A DNA stretch of 64,000 nucleotides from Setoptus koraiensis. Taxonomy: Eukaryota > Animalia > Arthropoda. Below, piece by piece: positions 34,001-45,147 of this stretch (its first letter is position 1; each line of letters opens with the position of its first letter). The stretch covers positions 13,826,001-13,890,000 of the forward strand of contig CM106585.1 in NCBI GenBank assembly GCA_048013815.1, given 5' to 3'. Both the position numbers and the translations under genes were made by a program. Below the pieces are notes generated by a model. The model was not told the origin of the DNA, did no database searches, and worked only from the letters and a program-made list of their open reading frames with translations.

Positions 34001-36821
34001 ACATGAGCCGCTCCAACAACAACAACAACAACAACAACCGACGCAAACAACGGCCGGTGGCGCCCCCAGCGGACAGGTGAGTGAGTTTTGGGAGTGACAC
34101 TCGAAATTGTTGTGTGCCTGCCGCTGGCCATCGGAATGCAGCCGGATTGGTCGGCTAATCCAACCCTCTCTTCAGGCTGGCTGGCTGGCCGCGTCGTCGT
34201 GCTTAACGGCTGACAAGCCGGCGACGCCAATCTAGCTGCCGTACCAGTAAGTGTCGCTGTTGTTGGCCAATTCTCGGCCGATTGCCCGGGCCGAAAAGAA
34301 GCCGAGCGAAGCCAAGGGACGCTGAGGGAATTCAGAGAAGCCCGAGAAGCCCGAGAAGCGAGAGAAGCCAGCGAAGCCCGACAAGCTGGAGAAGCCAGCG
34401 AAGCCGAGAAGTGGCAGCAGCGAGTGACCACAAACGCCAATAGGTGAGAGTTGTTTCGCCGGCGTTGTTGTCGGCTACCGCGTCTGATCGATTGTGGCGC
34501 CGCCATTGACAAGTATTAACATTCTTTATGGCAGCAGCAACTACCGACAGACAACAGCATACTTTTTGCTTCGACACTGACACTGTTTTCGCCGGCCGAC
34601 ACTCGGCGGCGCAAACATTATCTAGATGCTTATCTAGTCCCTTATTTATGGCGATTGTTTTGTCCGGCCCGGCCGCCGCTGCCGTTCGTCTGGGGGCCCA
34701 CGCGAGCCATGCGACTGCGGGCGCGCTCGCCGACCGGCTGCTCGCAGTCTGGCGGTGCCGAGCTGCGCACAACCAGCGTCGTCGAGGCGGGCGTGGCGAG
34801 GCCGGTCAGTCGGGCCAGTTTCGCGAGCGGCGAGGCCGGTCAGTCGGGCCCGTTCCACGGGTGGCGAGGCCGGTCAGTCGGGCCCGTTTCACGGGTGGCG
34901 AGCCGCGCCCGAGGCGGCCGTGACAAGTTTGTCACACGCACACAAACTGGCACCACTGGCACGTGATAAATTGCGCGCTCCCGTTGAGAGCGACCAGGCG
35001 CCAGGTCGCGGCAAAGTGCGACCGGTTGCTCGTGGTGCCCATTGTGCGCGCCGCGAGAACAATTGTGGCGACACTGTCGTCCGCGACACTGTTGGATTCT
35101 TTTCGAATTTCGCTGTCGAATTTGCCGTCGAATTTCGCTTTTCGAATTCGAAGCCTTAGGAGCGCTCGAAGCGCTCGCAGGATTCCGCGCTCGGAGGCAG
35201 TGGGCAGCCTCGAAGGAATCCCGCGACCGACGACGGCGCGCTCGAGCCAAAAAGATTATCCAGCGTCGCCCCTGGTGCCGCCGCACTTTGAATTTGTATC
35301 GGCCGATGATGATATAGTTATAGACGCGCAGCGACAGTGAGAGACGGCGAAATTCTTGCGCCTTCGAGGCGCCAACCCGGGGGGTGGCACTCCCATCGCG
35401 GCCGGCTGGCTGCCCCCTCTCGCGGCCAGGTGAGCGAGCCTGTTGGTGTGCGAGCGACGTGGAGCCGTGACCGGGCTGCCGCTGCAGTGTTGCAGTGGTC
35501 ACTTTGCAATCAGTGACTCAATGCAAATTGTGCACAGGTAAGCTGGCGCTAAAATAATGGCCATTAGCCATTGGCCAGTGTTTGTTGGCCGAGCGCTCAA
35601 ACGCTCAAATGCGCGAGCGCTCGAATGCTCGCACGCTCGAACTGGTGACCGTACCGCGAATCGGCGGCCACTAATCGCCCACCGGCCGCCCGTTCGCCGA
35701 CGGGCCGGCTCGCGGGATCGGGCCGCCCGCGCGGCGCTGTCCAGCGGACAGCGTCGCGATATCGCGCTGCTCCCATGTCAAGAGGCAAAATCAGGGCCGA
35801 AATGGAGCCAGTGGTCAGCGCTCAATTTGGCAGCCAAAGACGGCCAAAAGAGCAGCAGCTCGGGCATGGCGAGCACACATTATAATATATATATATTATA
35901 GCCTGCGCCGCATACTTGGCTGGCGCCTCGCACTGCCCCAGGTGACCGCACGGGGGCGCCACCCCTGGTTAGGCGGCCGCGTGATGATCCGTTTCGCTGG
36001 CTGGCTGGCCGGCCGGTGTCGATGAGATGACGAGCGCCACTTGTTGGCGGCGCCCGTCGCGAGTCGCTTGTGTCGCGGTGCGCGCTTGGGCGCAGCGACC
36101 GAGCGGCCGGCCGGGCCGCAGCGGCCAGTTCGTTTAGCGGCCGTAAAAAAGGCAGCGACACGCCAAAGGAACAGATAAGAGCGGACAGAGTTTGCTGAGC
36201 ATGTTAATTGCTTTTGGCGCTGCGGCCGGCGCTAATCAGACGCCATTATCTGTTTGTTTGTTTTTCGGGTCATCATCAGCTGGCCGGCGCAACGAGATGC
36301 GCCGACCATGATTAAGTGAGAGCGGCCATTAAGCCAATTGAGACTATTGGCAGGCCAGCAAGTGGCAAGTTGTTAATTGATGTTCACACACTCTCTCCGT
36401 CTCTCTCGCTCTCGCACAGTTCACCTGTCGTCTGACGCAGACGGTCAGCTGACGCAGACGGTCAGCGTTGTGTCAGTGTCGTGGCTCGCTATTATGACAC
36501 ACACCTGACTTTGACAATTCAACAGTTTGACAATTCGCGCCGCTCTGACAGTCCGCCGCCTGGCGAGTGTGAGAATGAGCTTTCGAGAAACTGTGTCAGC
36601 TGTGCAGTGTGCGCAAATGCCGTTGGACAACGATGTCAGTCAGATGATCTGACAATCGCCCGGCCCGATTGTCAAATCGCCCGGCCCGATTGTCAAGTCG
36701 CCCGGCACAGCTGTGACACTGCTCAAACAGCTGACAAATATGAATAATCATGCTGCATGTGTCAACTGTCGTCTGTCAAACCAAGCCGATCGGTCACTCG
36801 CGAGCGTTTTGTCGTTGTTGG

Positions 36822-36857
<36 letters not shown>

Positions 36858-37226
36858 TGTCGTTGTTGTCGCTGTCGTCGCTTCTATGGCTGCGAGCGAG
36901 CAGTCGCAGCAAACAAACAAACCGACTAACCAAACAAAACGCAGTTACGTAATTACAACTATCGCTGGCTCATGACACTGCTGACACAGCAACAGCTGAC
37001 CGCGGCCAGCCAACTGGCCAGTCAATTGACACACACACACACGCTCGGCGCAATTTGGCCCAAGCAGGCGCTTGCGCAAGCGTCGTTACGTAACAACAAC
37101 AACAACAACAACAAAGAAATCTTATCTTGTTTTGTCCTTCAGCCAAACGCCATCGCTGCTGTGATTATTGCAGTGAGAGGATCTAATTACATGACAGCGA
37201 ACATGAGAAGAGACACTCGACTGCCA

Positions 37227-37258
<32 letters not shown>

Positions 37259-37544
37259 GTTGTTATTGTTGCTGCTGTTGTCGCTGTTGTTGTTGTTGAT
37301 GTTGTTGCTGTCGTTGTTGCTGCCGCCGCCACAGACAAACTAACAACAGGCTGCTCGCATGAGACCAACGCATGACACAATGCACGCAAGTCACAATAGT
37401 CACATGCAATCGTTCTCAATTTCAATACTCAATTTGAGACGATTTGGCCGGACGGGGCCATGAGAACACACACACACACACAACAGGTGAGAAGAATATA
37501 GAAGCGGCCTATAATTGTTAGGGCCAACAAACTGTCAGTTTATT

Positions 37545-37566
37545 TCTCTCTCTCTCTCTCTCTCTC
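37545..37566. repeat. (TC)11 / GAGA tract
   Basis: Read directly; longest GA tract in the window. Confidence 0.95.
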
Positions 37567-38363
37567 GGGCACCTTTGCCTATATGGCGCCCATTATATAA
37601 TGTGTATGCGACAACAGGTGCACCCAGCCGACTGTTGAGCGGACTTTCGAGCGGTCGCTTGCGAGTCGCAGCTTGCGACTCACAGCTTGCGACTCACAGC
37701 TTGCGAGTGGAGCCGGCAAACGACGATAATGTTACCTGAGATTTGTGTCGTCGTCGTTAATTTGGTTTAATATTTGGTGGTTTGCTAATGCGCGCAGCGA
37801 CTTGACAAAACTTGACAAAATTTGTTTTGTCTCTCTCTCTCTGAGCGGCCGGCACAAGCAAACAAATATACCGAATAACACACTGTGTTTATGTAACTAA
37901 TTGGCAGCAAACATACAATTAGCGCCGTCCGGCATCATTGTGAGAACACCGACCAGGCCGAAGGGTCTCCTCTAAGACCTTTTCAGCGCTGAATCTCGGG
38001 CTCATTTTGCACAGATTTCTGGCAAATTCCGGGCAAATCTCGGGCGAATCTCGGGCGAATCTCGGGCGAATCTACGGCCATCAATCGACGCTGACAGGTT
38101 GCGTAGGTCTCATGTGTCGCACTCCAAAATCACATTAGCCTGCCGCCGAGACAGCTCGCACAAGCCAATAAATACAGTGAGCTTATGCACACAAGGTATA
38201 ATGGCCAGTCTCATGATGTGATGTAATGACATTTAGGCCATCCAGCCGGACATTGGGTCGGACGGGCGCTGCGTGTGTCGGCCCGTCCGCCTGTCTAATG
38301 TGCGCCAGTTAAATGATGTGCGACGCAATAATACCTGTCGTAGTAGTATGAGCTTACCTGGCG

Positions 38364-38410
38364 CACAGGTGAGCACAGGTGAGCACAGGTAGACACAGGT
38401 AAGCACAGGT
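38364..38410. repeat. 10-bp-period array of CACAGGT x5 (followed by GAG, GAG, AGA, AAG, AGT)
   Basis: Read directly; an antisense CTTACCTG precedes it at 38353. Confidence 0.95.
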
Positions 38411-39165
38411 AGTAGGCCACTTGTAAGTGGCAGCAAATTACCTGTGTGTTCTCTAATACTATTAGAGATAGTGTGTGTGTGTGTGTTGCACTTGTTGCTG
38501 TTGTTGTTGTTGTTGTTGTTGTTGTCTAATGTGTATGACGCAATAATAATTAACAACAACTAGCAGCAACAATTAGCAACGCCAGTAGCAGCGACCAGTT
38601 AGGCTAGTTAAATGGGTGCCAATTAAGCTCTGCACCTCGCTGCAAATGTGACTGTTGTTAATTGTTGCCCTTGTGCTTGTTCACTATATTTAGTATAACT
38701 GACTAAATATAAATGCATACACTTGCTCAGCTGACTTGGGCGCCAATGGTCGCCGGCAACGACAATTTGACTGGTCCACTGACATCTAATGTGAGCTATT
38801 ATGGTCACAAAAGCGGATGCACTCTCCAGACGCAAGCCATTACGCAAGCATGATGATACATTGCGTAATGTGTGTTGTATATCATGCATACGTGTATCAC
38901 TACTATTGTCAGAGACTGCGCACTGTTACAGACAACAACAACTCGATGATTGCATCATCACAATAGCTGCACTCGGCTCCTCACCTGTGCGCAGAGCGAC
39001 AGTTTGACTTGTAGTTTGACAACGACAGCGCATTACATACATTGGTAATATTGTATGATGATTGACCAGTGCCAGTATCTATCGAACTCGAACTCGAACT
39101 AGAACCGATCGAATTGGCTGCATCCGATCATATGATTGTCAGTGTTGTCAGCGGCAACCGACACC

Positions 39166-39212
39166 GGTGAGCACAGGTGAGCACAGGTGAGCGCAGGTGA
39201 GCGCAGGTGAGC
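39166..39212. repeat. 10-bp-period array GC(A/G)CAGGTGA x4
   Basis: Read directly. Confidence 0.95.
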
Positions 39213-41119
39213 CAGGCCAGGCTGCTGACAACAGCAAGCGCAGGGGCACCCAAGTGTACGACGCAAACATGTTGTTACGCAACTGCTCGTTTATAGACTT
39301 TGTGTTTGTTTGTGCTGTTTGTGTCCACTTGTTATCGTAACACACACACTTGTTGTTGTTGCGCAAGACGCAAGACACACAAGTCAGTAAACAAACGCCA
39401 CTGGTCAGCGACGGCCGCAACGACGCCGACGACGCCGACGACGACGTCGGCGCCAAGCCAATCGTGACGCCGACGACAGCCATTACGACCATTCGCTTGG
39501 CGCCACGACACGCCCCAGCAGCGGGGCTATTTGTAGCCGCTGCTCACTTACCTATTAGTTGTATGTTGTTTGTATGGGCTCACCTGTGCTATTTGTTTTG
39601 CGCTCACCTGTGCTGTGTGTTGTTGTTGTTGTTGTTGTTGCTGCTGCTGCAGCTCTCAGTGTGTGAGTGCATTACAAATTGTCTAGTTGGTTGGCTGGTC
39701 GCGGCCATTCAAGCCGATGATTAATTTCATCATGCTATTCATTATATAAACGGGCATCTCTCAATCACTTATCGCGCAACAACGGCCAGCAACAACAAGC
39801 AACAACAGCCAACAACAAGCAACAGCATGCCTGTTGTCGTATTATTAGCCAGCGTTTTGACAACAACCGTGCGCATACATTACGCCGGCCGCATTCCCCC
39901 GACGCGCTGCTGGCCGGGCCGGGCCGGGCCGGTCCGGTCTGGCGCTGTTTGGGTCGCTCTGGATGGGGCCATCACGACGGTCGCCGCTGCTCGCCGGCGA
40001 CTCGGCGACGCTCTCGCAAACAGCCGACAAACTGGAGCAAACGAGCATGCGAGCACTGATGGGTGCTCGAGTTGTGGCGTCTCGTTAGTGTCAGCGGTCG
40101 TCTGTTGCTGTCGCTGTTGTTGTTGTTGCTGTTGTTGCTGTCGCTGTTGTTGTTGCTGTCGCTGTTGTTGTTGTTGTTGTTGCTGTCGCTGTTGTTGCTG
40201 TTGCTGCTGTTGTTGTCGTTGGCAACAAATGATGGATGGACGCACAACAACCAGCCAGCCGAGAGTATCAATCGCTGTCAATTGGAACCCGTCACTACGA
40301 CAACATCAGCAACAACAACAGCGGCAACAACAACAACGCCAACAACAACAGCGCCAACAATATCAACGACAGCGGCAACAACAACAACATTGTCTGCTGA
40401 TGGCTCCATCACGGGCGTCAGCTGACGCGAAACTTTAATTGAGCTGTGGCTCATCTCCACCTGGGCTCGCTGCAAGTTGCGCCGTCGGCTGCCGCGCTGG
40501 CCAACGGTGCAATTTGCACCTGATTCAAGCGCCAGATAACTGGCTCGACGGCCAGATAAACAGCAGATAATCTGCCAAACAATCTGCCAAATAATGTTGC
40601 CAAATATGGCCAGCCAACACAACGGGCAAACGGTGTCATTGATGGGCGACGACACGAACAAGCGCCGAAAAGAAGACACTTGTCAGCAGCAGCAGCAGTG
40701 GTGCAGTCACATTCACCTGTTAAAATTGCGCAAACTTTGCACCATTTTACAGGTGTCTCGTCGACTTGTTTGCTTGCTTTGGTCTGAGCTGAGCTGACAA
40801 TTGTGAGTGCCAGCCGGCCAGCCAACGAGTGAGAGATAATCATTAGCGCCAGATAATATATAATGGTGGTGACATAATTTGAGCCATGCTCAAAGTGACG
40901 CCATCAAAACGCCAAGTGAACGCTAATTTTCAGATGGAGCCAGATAATTGATATAGCGACGTGAATACTAAACGGTGAATAGCAAATGCACTAAGTGGAC
41001 CGATAGTGAATAGCATTATTATCATAATGGACACTGGCAGAGAGAAAGCTATTAAATTTATTTTTTATTCCATGCCACCATAATGTGTCAATAAGTGCAC
41101 GCCGTGCCCGCGCCTGATC

Positions 41120-41181
41120 GGCTCACTCACCTGAGCTCACCTGAGCTCGCCTGAGCTCGCCTCGCTCACCTGTCTTACCTG
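41120..41181. repeat. 10-bp-period array CTC(A/G)CCTGAG x4 plus CTCACCTG and CTTACCTG
   Basis: Read directly; GGCTCACTCACCTGAGCTC (41120-41138) is 18/19 identical to the inverted-repeat arm at 59964-59982. Confidence 0.9.
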
Positions 41182-41920
41182 CGTGTCCCGTGCAAGTGCA
41201 AGTTGGTACTGACATTAATTCAATTTATAAATTATAATTAATTCGCCTATTCTAATGAATAAGCTGATCAACGTTGCACTTGCAATATTGAGTGAGACGT
41301 TGAATAATCGGCACTTGTTTTGGGCGCCTTTGGCTGCTTTTGGCGTCCACAACAAGATCATTTGCGCAGCCTCATTGCAGGCTGATGATGGCCTGTCAAA
41401 CAAGATGAACCAAACAGCTGTGACATCAGCTGGTCAACTGTCATACCTGTTTGGTGTGTGTGTCAACTTGATACTCTCACAAGTTGTGTGAGTCACAAGT
41501 TGTCAAGTTGACAGCAGCAACTAGAGCCACTCTAATCATTAGAGTGTAATGGCCAATGCACAAGTCGCATCATATGGCCAGGCCAGGCCAGGCCAGCAGC
41601 GTGACTTAATCGACGTACTCAAATTGACAATTGCAATTAAAATCGCTGACAGCCAATCAATTCTTCAGCAGGCAACCATCACCCGATCAGCTGACTGGTC
41701 GGGGTGCCGGGTACCAGTGAGCGGCTGATTTGGCTGATTGACCAGTGAGCGGCTGATTGGGCTGATTGACCAAGTGACAGCCAGTGGAGTGATGCAATTG
41801 CAAATTTGATTGTGCCCGTGTGTTGAGCTGATAACGATCACGAATGTCAGATGACATGACACGACAAGCCAACATAGTGCGCATTGGCCTTCGCCAATTC
41901 ATTACCCTGTTGCCCATTAA

Positions 41921-42041
41921 ATATCATTATATATATCATTATGTATTGCACTATATATTGCATTATATATCGCATTATATATCGCATTATATGTTGCATT
42001 ATATGTTGCATTATATGTTGCATTATATACTGCATTATATA
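41921..42041. repeat. AT-rich 12-bp minisatellite GCATTATAT(RYY) x~9
   Basis: Read directly. Confidence 0.9.
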
Positions 42042-43015
42042 GACTGCTACGGTATCATGTCAGACCAGAGTATTATATAATACTGTGGTATAATATAATT
42101 GTACAGTATACAGTAGACTGTCGCAATAGTGTCACCTGTTGTTGTTTGCAAACACACCAGACAGCTGTTTGCGACAGGTTGCGTTGGCAGTGTCAACTTG
42201 ACAGGTTATGTCGAATTGTGTGTGTGTCAAGTAGCCAGTGACAAGTGTGTGTGTGTGTGTGTGTCGTTGTTTGTTGGTCGCACAACAACAACGACGTGCC
42301 CTATATCGCACAAGACACACGGCATTATGATAATTTGTTGTCACACACACTTACGCAATATGTTGGCTAATACGCTGGATAATAGGTTGCGTAATGGGTG
42401 CAGCAGGGGCACGTCAGCTGACCAATGTTTGTTTTATGAATGAAATTAGCGCCCACTATTGACAGATGACAGCGACACACAACATGACAGCAGCACCACA
42501 CTTACAAATTGTAACTTACGACTAACGACATGGTGTGGCCTAGTGTTGAGTAGCGAAACTAAAAAGAGCACTCACCACTCATAAGCTCGTGTGCCAATGT
42601 TTGCCAAACTCATTAACTCACACAACAACCGTACAAACAAACAAACAAACAACCGGCCAAACAAACAAGCAACTGCCATTGCTCACCAGGTGAGCCCAGC
42701 TCCGTTTGCCAGGCCCACGCTTGCCGGCCCAGCAAACACGCCGGTGCGACGGCAGCAAAAATAACAAAGTGCAAACACGGGCCTCCAGTGGCCAGTCAAT
42801 TGGATCGGTGTTTGACAGTTTGTTTGTTTAGTTGTTGGCGTCCATGGACCGCACTGACCGCCACCGACCGGCAGCGCCGCTAAACGGGCACCTGTGCAAC
42901 TGGGCCGGGCACCATCGCAGCCATCATGACAGTGCGCGCAACCAATCAGCGGCCAACAGTAACCGCTGGCTTTATAAAAACTGGCTGCAAAAACTGAGCA
43001 GTTACCCGACCGGCA

Positions 43016-43077
43016 CAGTTTGCGGGCACAGTTCGCACAGGGCGCAGTTTGCGGGCACAGTTCGCACAGGGCGCAGT
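43016..43077. repeat. 29-bp tandem duplication CAGTTTGCGGGCACAGTTCGCACAGGGCG x2
   Basis: Read directly. Confidence 0.9.
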
Positions 43078-45068
43078 GCGCAAGTCGCGGGGATATGCAA
43101 ATGCGAGTTGCGCTGACACAACAGCCGCATTAGCGGCATTAGCGCCAGGTAAACACAATTGCTCTGTGTTCCGCTGACAATTGTCAATTGTCAAACGCGG
43201 CGATCGGCCGGTGGCAATCGACTGACAGCTGATTGTCACCCAAAAGCGTTGCGGCTCGCCAGTTGTGACAGCACGCGCAAACACGCGCACCGGCCCACGG
43301 CGCACAATGAGGGGGCGCGAATTGGCGCCTGGCGTCGCATTAATTAGAGCTGTCACGACGGACAACGGACGGCCCGTCACAAGCCAACAGGCGCCGCTGC
43401 GGCAAACAGGTGAACCGCCGCCGCCGCTGATACCTGTTGTTTGTTTTCGCGGCCACACCCGGCCGGCGTGATTTGATTGTTGGTGGCGGCGTGCAAACGC
43501 GGCCGGCGTCGCACCGATAAACGGATAAACAATTTTGAATGAATGAGCGCGCCGCATTATATCGGTGTTGGCCGGAATGGAATGCGCCATACAATTCGAT
43601 TGGAATGGAATGGCTCGTCGATCGGTTTGGCCGGTCGGCACGGCACGACCGCGGGCGCCCGCTGTGGTTGCCGTGCAGCCGACGACAGGCTGGCGACGGG
43701 CCGACATCCGGCGGCCGCGAGCGCAGCGCACTCAAGCGGCTGGCGTCGTTCATTAGCGTGCCGCGCTCGAGTCATTAATCAATGGTATTCACTTGTGTCT
43801 GCACTTGTTTATATTGGCAACTTGCAAATCGCACTGGCTTACGTAACAACCAGCTCTGGCTCACGTAACAACGAGCGCTGGCTTACGTAACAACGAGCGC
43901 GCTGCCAGTGCTGGCTTTTTTGGCCGCCGGCCGGGGCCCCGCACTTGGCCGACCGGCTGCCGGCGCAGAAGCGGCCGCGATTGATTGAATCGACTACCGC
44001 CAATGAGCGCCGGCGCGGCGCGGGCAACACGCACGAGTGGGCCCGCTCACAGTTGGGGCCCGTGAGCCGCCGCGGCCGGCGAGCAAATTGGGGCGCGCAT
44101 AGATCATGTGCCTTTTTTATGCGCGTTTTATGCGCGTTTTGTACGCGTTTTATACGCGTTTGTTTGCTCTGTTTGTGTTTCCATTTGTAGTTGCGGCACA
44201 GTTGCGCGGATTACAAATTGGGCCGCCGCCACTGCACATTACGTAATATATGCCGTTACACAGCGCTCACATTCACGGATGCTGGCGGGCAATATTGTTT
44301 GCACAATGTTGCACTTGTGGCCCGCTGCGAGCCGCTTTTTTGACATTTGTTTGTATCGTGTTTGCATCGCGTTTGTATCGTGTTTGTATCGCGTTTGTAT
44401 CGCGTTCGCGGCGCGTTCGTGGCGCGTTTTTGTCGCGCGTTGTTACGCAATGTTGTCGCGCGGCACTTGTCGCTGTCGTGTTGTTGTCGGCGGCGCTCGC
44501 GTTTCACTGCAACTGATTGAGCTCTGCCAAAAAGCAAACAACTCGCTCACTAATGATCCTCGCGGCGGCCCCCGCGCCGCACACCCGCGCCCGGCCCGAT
44601 CAAGCGCCCCGATCGCCGGTGTGTGTGTGTGCGTGCAACTGGGCTGCGCAACTGGGTGTGTGCGGCGCACAGTTTGCGCCATTACGTAACCGTTGTGTCG
44701 GTTGCAACTGGCAGCATTGATACGACAACAATTGCCAGTGAACCGGCGGTTGAGTTGTTAGCCGCGACTAGTCAAGTGTGAACAGCGCGAGCGCTGCGTG
44801 CCTCGAATCAATCAACTGGCGGCCGCCAGCGCCACTGGCGCCCCTGGTGGCCGTTATGTAACTGGCGCAATTAGGCTAAAAGTTGCGCGGCCCGAGCTCG
44901 GCCACTGCCCGCTACAGGCAAACGCAACGTCTCGGTAGGCCGCCACTCGATCTGGCGGTCAGATGCCGGATCGGCCCGATCGAGCGGCGGCATCGCTAGG
45001 TGCACCGCTAGGCGCCCGGCGACCAATCTGAGCCCTCGCCGGCACGCCGGCCACGGCTCAACCGGACC

Positions 45069-45147
45069 AGCGGCGGCCGACGGGACCGACCAGTGAGCGG
45101 CGGCCGACGAGACCGACCAGTGAGCGGCGGCCGCCAGGACCGACCAG
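45069..45147. repeat. 27-bp tandem repeat x3 (AGCGGCGGCCGACG.GACCGACCAGTG)
   Basis: Read directly. Confidence 0.9.

Noticed and set aside
35090-35150. TTCGAA/GAATTTC-rich run as a heat-shock element (also 49201 and 54675)
   Set aside because: Spacing does not fit the nGAAnnTTCn register.
38386-38412. CAGGTAG (Zelda/TAGteam) words
   Set aside because: Only two copies, arising as variants of the local array; Zelda is not known to me from chelicerates. Treated within the CAGGTRAG finding.
44836-44852. GGCCACCAGGGGCGC (reverse), close to the vertebrate CTCF consensus; similar word at ~35270
   Set aside because: One G is missing from the core, which shifts the critical GGC register.
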